The notes under the pieces were generated by a model, which saw only the letters and a list, made by a program, of their open reading frames with translations, searched no databases and was not told where the DNA came from. The position numbers were made by a program, and so were the translations under genes. This document shows, one piece after another, positions 22,429 through 31,543 of a stretch of DNA of 50,220 nucleotides (within the stretch, counting starts at the first letter, position 1; each line of letters opens with the position of its first letter). Source of the DNA: Klebsormidium nitens (taxonomy: Eukaryota > Plantae > Klebsormidiophyceae); contig DF237507.1 in assembly GCA_000708835.1 (NCBI GenBank), positions 1 through 50,220 of the forward strand, given 5' to 3'.

Positions 22429-23774
22429 CACGGGGCAGTTACGGTGGTTTTTGGCCCGGCGGAACTTTGCCGCAGACCAATATATTTGGGTCGCGCGCCG
22501 TACCATATTCCGACGATATCGCGATTTTCGGCCGGCGAAACTGCGGGGTAATGTAGGACCCCTGCGGGTACTTCCCCCGATATCCCCCCGAAAAATTTCC
22601 ATATGCCCCCAAAAAATTCCATTTTGTGGCAATCTGCCTTGGAAAAGGCCCATGACATATGGCTTTACAACTGCAATTTTAAGAGACATGTATGTGGGAA
22701 TTTTATGCAGCACCTCCATGATGATGTTGACAAGACATATTATGAGCTTTGTAGAGCATTCTCCTAAGCTTTTGTCATGATGCTGGCGCCATTCTCCGTC
22801 CAAGGTGGGTTGGTGCTGTTCCACCATTCTTCTTGCTTTTCTGTAGCCTTGACACTTTCTCCGGAAGGCCACTGACCGCCGAAGGTGGGGGTCTTTCCGT
22901 CAGGCTAGAAGGGGGGGTGTCGCAGTGCGTTTGAAGAAATCCAAAATCTGCCCCGGGGACTTGCTTGAGTCTGGTTGTAGTATAGAACTCGCGCCCGGTG
23001 ATCTACAACGGTCACGCGGACTATGTACCTAGGTAGGTAGGTACCCAGGTCCACCCGTAGTGACGGAAGCGTGTACCTACATAGGTGGCCGAGCTAGGTA
23101 CCTACGGTACCTGCGTGCACACCTACCGTAGTACCTACCCTGTGCACAGTACCTAAGCACCTAGGTAGGTAGGCAGTACAGCAGGTACCTAGGTACTAGG
23201 TAGGTTGTACACGAAAGCCTACCTGGTACATACCGTTGCGACCTACCGGCTACCTTGAGCATAGCCATCGCACCTAGCTAGCAGGTGCCAGGCCTACCTA
23301 CGGTAGGTTCTCGACTACCGGGTATGTATTCATATACCGGTACTCCAATGATGTCGGTACCGCAACTTACTAGGTAATACAGGTACCGTACCCCTGATCG
23401 GCGTACGTACCGCGTAGCTCCGGCCGGGCAGTGTCATTCTGCACATTTGGCACGAACATGTATCGAAATCGTAAATATTTGTTGTCTCGGTAACGCGAAG
23501 GTCATTCTCGCCTACCGATTACAAGGCCAGAAGCAGCTAATCTTCAATTCGATAACATTTCCCCCCAAGTGCAAATGCCGGAGCCCGGGGCGAATCCGCC
23601 AGAATTTTGCCCCAATTTTCCGGCAGTACTGCGCGCCGCATGAAAAGTTGGGGCGCAGCCCCGGCGGGAGCACGGCGCAGGGGCGATTAAATATTCGTGC
23701 GATTTCTCTACGGTCTTCGCGCGGAATCTGCCGCAACTTTCCCCCGGGCAAAAAAGCACCATAACTGTCCCGTG
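22429..23774. mobile_element. Non-autonomous DNA transposon (1346 bp) with ~48-bp imperfect TIRs and CAC...GTG termini, CMC/CACTA-like
   Basis: The left end CACGGGGCAGTTACGGTGGTTTTTGGCCCGGCGGAACTTTGCCGCAGA and the reverse complement of the right end CACGGGACAGTTATGGTGCTTTTTTGCCCGGGGGAAAGTTGCGGCAGA match at 40 of 48 positions by hand alignment. AA flanks both sides (possible 2-bp TSD). No transposase is recognisable. Confidence 0.75.
22995..23410. repeat. GTAC/CTAG-rich low-complexity tract (TAGGTAGGTACCTAC-type) inside the TIR element
   Basis: Dense repetition of TAGG, CCTA, GGTACC and GTAC, including short palindromes such as AGGTACCT. Confidence 0.85.
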
Positions 23775-24300
23775 AAGTTTAAGCGGCGCAGGCGCACACG
23801 CACGCCCGTCAGTCATAGACCTTACAAACGAACATACGCGGAGACGTGGTGTCGCTTGCATGGACATCCGCGGCCGGCGCATGCTCCAAATTCCCAGTGC
23901 ATCCACGTCGATGCCAAGGACTCATTGGTGTTTAGGACATGTGGTTAATCTTTTGTCATTGTCAACGGCGGTATTGGTCTTATGCATTTTCAAGAACCAA
24001 TGAAAAGAGGCGAAAAGGCATGCTAGCCGACCCCTCACTGAGCCTAGGCCTGGCACAATGAAGTTATCGTATGTGCTCGCCGCTGGGTTCGCGATGGGCG
24101 CCTAGCAGATGGTCTCTTTTCTTACGCAAATTTACTTACTGCCCATGCGGGGCCTGAGGTCGCCCGAAAGACCATTTCCCGAAAATCTCGCGTGGCTATG
24201 GCGCCGCCGCTGAGTCGTGGAGCGCAGCGCGGCCGCCTGGCGCTAGAAATGGCACGCGGCCGGGGCGGCACAGGCCGGTCCGGACTCAGATTGGCTTTTG

Positions 24301-24330
24301 TTAAACCCGGTTAAACCCGATTAAACCCGG
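24301..24330. repeat. Three tandem TTAAACCCG(G/A) 10-mers in a GC-rich promoter-like region
   Basis: Sequence reads TTAAACCCGG TTAAACCCGA TTAAACCCGG. Confidence 0.8.
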
Positions 24331-25284
24331 GCCTTCGCGAGGCGCGATCCGGCCCCTGCTTGAAGTGCGCGCGGCGCGAGAGCGAAGCGGCTCGTGAGGA
24401 TGGTCATCGTGACGGTCTCATGCCGGTCCCACATCTTGCAAAAGAACTTTTCAACCAGCGGTTTTCCGCCGTCGATATCAAGGCTGCCTTTTCATCTGAC
24501 GGTTCAAAGCGGGTGCTTTTAGGATTTCGCTATGGCTGCCGCCATGGTTCCGCGAAAGCTGGATTTCTATCTCTTCCTTATTTCTCCACGAAAACTCTTG
24601 CTGAAACCCCTTGATGTGCTCTTCCAACATGCTCATGCACATCAGGGGGGCAAGGAAGAAGGAAAAAGGACGCCCTGAAAAGCCTTTGCAAAGAAACACC
24701 ATCCATGCATCTCTTGGTTAGCGTTCTCTTAACCCGGTGCAAGAAGTGGGACCTGATATAAGTGGCATGAGGGTTTCGTACCAGTCATCGCATTTAATCA
24801 TAATGCCGTAAACGATGTACAAGGCGCGCAGTCTGTCCCTCGCGCTGGGCTTTCTTAAAACTGCGATGCAAGCTGAAGCTCATTTGCCACAGAGGCGTGT
24901 ATGTTACATGTAGTAAAGAGCTGAATCAAAGGCGGCCAACAGTGTGCACTCAAATTGCTAGAATCAGGGTTGCGCGGGGGGAAACAAGATTCATGTTGGC
25001 CACGCTTGTCATCTATCAGATCGCAAGAAGATGACATGGGAGAAAGCAGATCGAACAAGGTGAGAGAATGGATTGAGCACTATTCAACTATTAAACTATT
25101 CATGCTTTCAGACTCCTGAGCTGCGGAGACCGTGCCAGGTTTGGAAAGTAACAGAAAAGAGTGAAGAGCTGGAGGCACTCATAAGAGAAAGGATGCTCTG
25201 ATGTTCTTTTGAGGTGCATACAGTAGGCGCGGCTGTCCAGCCGTCCAGCCAACAGTTTCGAGCGCCCAGAAAGCAAAATTCAGC

Positions 25285-25927
25285 ATGCGGCGCGAAGGCT
25301 ACAAGCATGGGCGAATCCTGCAGGCTTGCCACGCGTACTCTATTCCGTGGATGTACAATCGCGAAATACCAGATCTTGAGTCTAAGGAGATGCACACCCA
25401 GTTGTATCCCCAGAGTCTGAACCACAAATCTAAGCAGCTGAGGCGTCCAAAGGGCGTCCAAGTGGGTCCACATGGGGCCTTCGTTCTGTGTCCGAAGCCC
25501 ACCAACGCGTCCTTCCGCTCCAAGAGCAGCGAGCGGTACGGGTTCCACTTTTGTCGGCCGGAATGGCGGGCAGCGTTCCGGACGTTCTACTGGACGGACT
25601 GGGTTCTTCCGCTCCGGAAAGGGCAGGGGAAGGGAGTTCAGAAACAGTTGCAGAGAGAAGCTTGATCATCTTGAGTGCGAAATCTGCGAAGAGGAAGATG
25701 TGGAGGATGACACGGAACCAGAGGAGAATCTCGGGAGCGAGGGAGACTCTTTCAGTGACAGCGAAGATTGGAACTTTGTGCGGGTCACAGAGTGGAGCGA
25801 AGCTGAAGATGAGTGGGAAGAGGCGGGAAATGGTTGCGCAGAATCGGACGGCTGGGAGGCGTGTTCAGAGGAGCGCATGTGGAACTTCTTTGATGAGGAC
25901 TGGCCGCCGCTGAATGCGTGCAGCTAA
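25285..25927 (+). pseudogene. Paralogue A of an uncharacterised streptophyte family; conserved part ends at stop 25665 and the acidic tail is in the +1 frame (probable degenerate copy)
   Basis: MRREGYKHGRI...KEMHTQL...GAFVLCPKPTNASF...TDWVLPLR aligns with paralogues B and C. The Cys cluster is eroded. The tail DSEDWNFV...AESDGW is homologous to the tail of C but out of frame. Confidence 0.65.
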
Positions 25928-25977
25928 AAGAAACTTGAACGCAAATGGCGGCCTGCTGCTTGTTTGCGGGTCGGAGC

Positions 25978-26117
25978 AAGCTTAGAACCGCGCGTGAAGA
26001 TACATATTGACGTGTTCTCAGGCAAAGCTTAGAACCGCTCGTGTAGATACATATTGACGTGTTCTCAGGCGAAGCTTAGAACCGCTCGTGTAGATACATA
26101 TTGACGTGTTCTCAGGC
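25978..26117. repeat. 47-bp minisatellite, 3 copies
   Basis: AAGCTTAGAACCGC(G/T)CGTG(A/T)AGATACATATTGACGTGTTCTCAGGC starts at 25978, 26025 and 26072. Confidence 0.95.
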
Positions 26118-28392
26118 CGTGTGATGAAGCAGGCGAAATTTTCCAGGCCTTTTCTGTCCTTGTAGCAATCCTGTAAGGCGTATGTTAATTGTAGTAATAT
26201 GCATAACTCTGGGACCTTGAGCGTTTAGAGAATCTGAGTAGAATCAGTCAATTACTAGTCGACCTGGTATACGAGTATGCCCAAAATTCTTTAAAGTCAG
26301 AAAAGCATTTTGGAAGCTGGAAAACCCAAAGAAGGATAACATCAACGTTGCTGATGCGGGCTTGTAACACGTGTAATCACCGCGGGCGGCCGCAGTCATT
26401 AAGCTGTGCTTATGCATAATCTTTGCGTCCGCTTGTTTCTGCTCGTGTCTTTTTGACGGAAATACATAGCGCTCGAAAGTGTCGTCAGTCCTCCTTGAAT
26501 CTAAGCAACCTGGATGTTTAAGCAACATGTTGTATGGGCGTCCGTCAAGGAACTCCGTCTTCCAGTGGATAGCCAGAACGAATATGCATATATGCAGATC
26601 ATGGCTTCAGGAATCCGTCGCATAACAATCATTCTGTTCACGAGACTGTACGAACGACTTGGTTTCGACGTTTTCTACTGGGCAGAACGTCAAACGTGTC
26701 CGACCGATCTGCTGTTATGCAGATGATGCAGTGTTTGACTTGAGTAAGTCTGAGTCACAAGCAAGCGTTCATCCTGGGGAATTTCTGAGCCATGTCGTGG
26801 TCTGTCAGTACGAAGCTTAATCCGGGCATATTGTTTCCTCGCCCACAGCAGACTGCCGCTCGATCCCCCAGCACCTGACTTGAAATCCGTGAAGTTGGAA
26901 CAGCTCATGAGGCGTATATTTGGGTTGATAGATACTCAAGGCCTTTTACCGGCAAGCCCGCCGGTCGAATACCGAAGCTGCAAAGCGGCTTATGCAGTTC
27001 GAGCCGGACATCAATGAACTCTGATTGATTGTGATTATGCAGATATGCAACAAAATTATTTGGGAGAAAGCTGAACGTACGCCTTGATTTTCACGTCTGA
27101 CCGCCAAAGATCTTTTCTACTCGAGCAAAACTTATGTCATCGTCAGCAGTCGTTTCAACCTGTAGGTCCTTTGTTGATGTGACCGACCTTGAAACTAAAC
27201 AAGTCAACTAGACAAATCACCTGATCAACCGAACCTACGGCCGCTCAAAGGTGGCGTTCTCAGGAACGTACAGTCCTACGTACTGCTTGCTCGGATTTCG
27301 CAGGAAAGTTCTGACGGTATGTCATGCCCACGGGACGGTACTTTGATGTGATTCATAAAAGCCCTGACTTAGTGACTATATCCGGACCACAGTTAAGCTT
27401 TGTGTTTACAAGACGACGCAGCCGCAGTCAGGATTGAATGCGTGACGGCGTCCTAACATACAGCACCCTTGAGTGCGCATATGGATCTTGAATGACCTAC
27501 GTAGAGTTAGAGACTCTTCACAATGCCACGATAACCTTTCTCTTGACCCGGTTTCTTGCTTCCGGACATAAGTCGACTTATCTTACCAGACGCCTAGTAG
27601 CTGATCATGTATGTACGAAGAGGGGACGAAAAGCGGTTTCTGCGTTGCTTCGCCTTGGTGAGCCTGTGGATGCGCTGGATCTTTCAGTGGGTCATATTGC
27701 TGGGTGACTCGGTTCCTTGTAATAGAGGACTTGCGCCGGATACGAACATTCGAACATGTCATTCCTAATTGAGTCAATGAGTCCCACTCGGAGAACAAAT
27801 CGAGACCGTCCGCTTGACCCGTTGACCCTGCCTTCAAGTTTATGGGCCCCTGACGGAAGCGATCGAGCAGCCCGTTTGCAACGACGCCGGTTTCTCCAGC
27901 GACCTCGGATGTTCAAAAGGATGAAAAAAAAGGCATTTGATTTGAAGCAAGTGCACCAATCCCGCACCAATTTCATCTCAGCGAATCTGCGACCATGTTG
28001 TTGTTGCTAAACTTGAGAAACTTGAGAATGAGTTTCGGAATCTCATGTGGTCATGACGTGGTCAATCCTCGGTCAATCAGAACGGGTGGAATGGGAAGGA
28101 AAGCGTTTCACCTAACTCTTTGGAAGTTGGTACCAATGTCACTGCCCCCGCGAGCCGCGATGAGCTCGAGCCCGGCAACGCGGCCGCTCCGTGCATGTAC
28201 AAGTCATTCCGTTCCGCTGATTCTACCGGCAGAGGTTCGCCTTCAATATGAAGTTGGACTGCTTGTGCCATGCGGGCCGCCCGGCGCGGCCGCGGCGGGC
28301 CCCATTCAGAATGCGCGCGCGGCCGCGTACGTTGGCTTGCAGGTCACCAGCACGTACGTGCCAGCACAAGACACATGCAGGCTCGAATTTAA

Positions 28393-28843
28393 TGCCCTGT
28401 TCACATGCGTACGTTTTTTGATGCTACGGAGCGCTACGGATGCTACGCATCCGACGTGGGAGTACTACGAAATGTGAACGTCGATTTTGGTTTTTTGGCG
28501 CAACGGAAGCAACGGACGCTACGGAACCCGCTACGGAACCAAATTTTGCCGCAGATTCAGACCCCAGTAGCTTCCGTACCGGCTTGCGGCTGCGGCACGG
28601 AATGATCCCCGATTTTCGACACCTCAAGTTCAGTTCAGCCTTCGAAAGCTCGAAATCGAATATTATTCAGTTTCGAGTGTGCATTCACTCACGCCCACCT
28701 ACCATGTAAATGTGAACTCCAGCAACCAGGATTGCCCTCGTAGCAATTTTTGCGGCATTCTCACCCCCCGTAGCAATCTGGCGCTACACCCCCTCCGCGT
28801 ACGCTGCGTAGCACCCGTAGCAGCTACGCATGTGAATAGGGCA
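28393..28843. mobile_element. Tourist/PIF-Harbinger-like MITE (451 bp) with TAA target-site duplication
   Basis: TAA|TGCCCTGTTCACATGCGTA ... TACGCATGTGAATAGGGCA|TAA, a 19-bp TIR with 1 mismatch. Subterminal GCTACGG/CCGTAGC repeats lie in opposite orientations at the two ends. Confidence 0.85.
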
Positions 28844-29075
28844 TAATAGCAAATTTGCAATGCTGCATTTCTCGTTCTCAGCAGAGATGTCGCCCATCGC
28901 CATGGCTCCTGAGAGAGGACGTTTGCTTAAGAGAGGATGAAAGAGGTGAATCACAGCATGAAAGAGAGGATGAAGAGAAGCAAGATGCGAGGAGCGAGAG
29001 CTAGAGGATGTTTTCAAAGCTCATAGAAGTCTTCTGCCCACTGTAAAAGTATCTTCTGGGACCAGCACACGCAGA

Positions 29076-31150
29076 ATGGAAGGCCTGATTGACGTCTTCA
29101 GCCATGCAGACCTGTTTCGAGTGGACACTCGGCCAAACGCTTCATGGGGGAGCGTGAGAGAGGGTACACCCATCTTGTTTGAGAGTGCCCGCTTCAATGG
29201 CAGCCCTGGCAGAAGATTGGGCGAACCAGCAATTGTGGACTTTGCAACTTTCAAGTCTCTGTTTAATGCAGCAGCAGCTGGAGTGCTTCAACAGGTGAGA
29301 GTGATTCTGTCGTAGAATGATGCAATGTTGGTCAGCTGCAAACCAGGACACAATCTAGAGCAGGTTACTGTAAACATGCAGCTTGTTGCACACCCAAATT
29401 AAAACTATGAAGATTGTTAAGCAATTTGCCAGAGTTCAGGTGGAGTGCATGCTGATTCAAAATCAATATAAAGTATCCTGTAAACGGTATGGAACACTTT
29501 CATCCGATAAAACGCATTATATCAGCTCACATCACCGGAGTTAGTTGTGCATACTTTTCAGGGAGGAAATTTGAGCTATGAAGCTCAATTGAGCATTAGT
29601 TTAATACTCAGGGGCTGATTCAGTAAAAAAGTTTCTCAATTGTGGCAGCTCAAAGGGGCAGGTACGCGTAGTCTCGGCAAGCTGAAGACCATTGCATATC
29701 CAAAGTGGGCTTACAAGTGCATCATGTGTCATTTTTGCCAACCGGGTAGTATGGCCCAATGCTGACACCATCCATTCTGGCAAACAATAGTCTCCCCTTG
29801 TGTTGGCAGGTGGACTGGCGCAACTGTATGGTGGCAGGAGGCCAGGTCCTTGGGTGCCTCCGGGGCTTGGCAAAAGACATCGAGAAACCGTCAGACATCG
29901 ACATCTTCCTTTTTGCACTTGAGGGGCCTGGGCAAATCTTGTGGAAGGTTCATACTTTACTATTCCAGATCTATCAGGGCTATGAGATTGCCAATCGCTG
30001 CAACCCTGTAACTCGCCCCGATGTCTTCATCGAAGTCTTCAGAACAGAGCACACGCTGACCCTCATTCCGAGGTACGACGTCCCCGTCGAAGGAGGATTT
30101 CTGAGTTTGCCGAAGATCCAAATAGTGATGCGCAACTTCCTCAGCGCGGCAGACGTTCTCGCGCCGTTCGACCTTGACTGCTGCTGCGTTGCTTACGATG
30201 GGACTAGAGTCTGGGCCAGCCCCAGGGCACTCAGAGCGCTCCAAACTGGCATTAATCTTGTTGGCCTGAGCTTCCGACACGTGTACTACGAAGACAGGCT
30301 GATGAAGTACTCCAGGCGTGGTTTTGCCGTTCAAGATCCTGAGATGAGCGAAAAGCCGCTTGCGCTGCTAGAAAGGTACTTTGGACGACAGCAGGAAAGC
30401 ATTGAAAGACTGGGACTAGAGGATCTGGTGCGGTGCATCCGTGCCAGCAAGGGGCTGCTGAAGTTACTTCTGGCGGATCTGGCTGAGAAGAGGGGCATCG
30501 TCTGGGCCAGCGCACTCGTGGAGACAGCTTCCTTTGACGGTGAGCCAACGCCGGGGACTGTTAGGGTGTCAGACGCTCTGCAAAACATTTGACGTTGGCT
30601 AGGTAGAGATGAGATTTGGTATTTCTGGGGCGTGCAAAAGCTTACAATCCGGGTTCGTTCTCACTAGATTCTCGACGTACCACGATTCGTCATGCAGTTG
30701 TCTGGTCCTCAATTCTGGAAGTTATTGCATGTACCTGACCGGATTTCAGATTCTTTGCTTGTTCCAATGTTGCGTATGAAGTCCATTTAAAGGGTTGAAA
30801 ATGTCCGACGTCCAAAGAGCCAATCCAACGAGCCAGGAGAGTGTTCTCAAGTCGAGTACTGAAACTGCCTTTTGCTGCATGCAGTGACCAATCCTGAGGA
30901 AGGCTTTGAGGAGCAGCACGGGAATTCGGCCTCCAACGATTCGCGTCCCGTCGTCTTTCATCCGCCGCCTCTCTTGAAGTTCTGGAAAGACCACTACCCG
31001 AACCTGTTCCTCAAGGACCTGTTGCGCTACTTGGGGCGAGGAGACACAGATCGCCTCGACTTCGACTTTTACAGCAATCGTCCTCCTGTCAACCCCAGCC
31101 GTGCAGATTGGGAAAGAGGTGGGCGCGTGGATCAGGCAATTGCTTGCTAA
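29076..31150 (+). CDS. Pol-beta-superfamily nucleotidyltransferase-like protein of the giant-virus/fungal type, 3 exons (29076-29294, 29810-30539, 30885-31150), about 404 aa
   Basis: Motifs DWRNCMVAGGQVLGCL...SDIDIFLF (hGG...DhD signature), KIQIV, FDLDCCCVAYDG...ASPRALRAL..GIN, YEDRLMKYSRRGFAV. Splice phases are consistent. An additional 5' exon cannot be excluded. Confidence 0.75.
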
Positions 31151-31543
31151 GAAGTCAGTCACTCAAGGGCATTTCTGGGGCCGGACTCAGCCTCTTTTGA
31201 TGTCCTTGTGATGATTCTGGCATAAAGCAAATAGACAACACTGCAGCAGTCGATGTTCTTTGAAGTACTCCCAGCTACAGTGTGTTCCAGTCGTTGTATG
31301 GTCGAGGAAGACGAGGGGTCCTGTCGAAAGTCGACAAATCCCCCGAAGATTGCGAGTCCCTGCGCTGCTAGACGGATACTCGTATTTTGTGTTCTAACAG
31401 ACATCTGGGCGTAATAGCTTACGAGTATGATTTGCACCGTAGACAAAGGACGCCGAGATTTATTTGTCGGACACACACACATGCTTTTAGCGACTCTCAT
31501 CCTACCAGTCTAGAATTCGACCGAATCCTTTTTGATCCCACAG

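Noticed and set aside
22165-22872. 235-aa ORF on the - strand as a transposase
   Set aside because: It runs through the left TIR into flanking DNA and has no DDE or other transposase motif.
27492-28010. Short ORFs upstream of the MITE as an extra gene
   Set aside because: No consistent splice model and no known motif.
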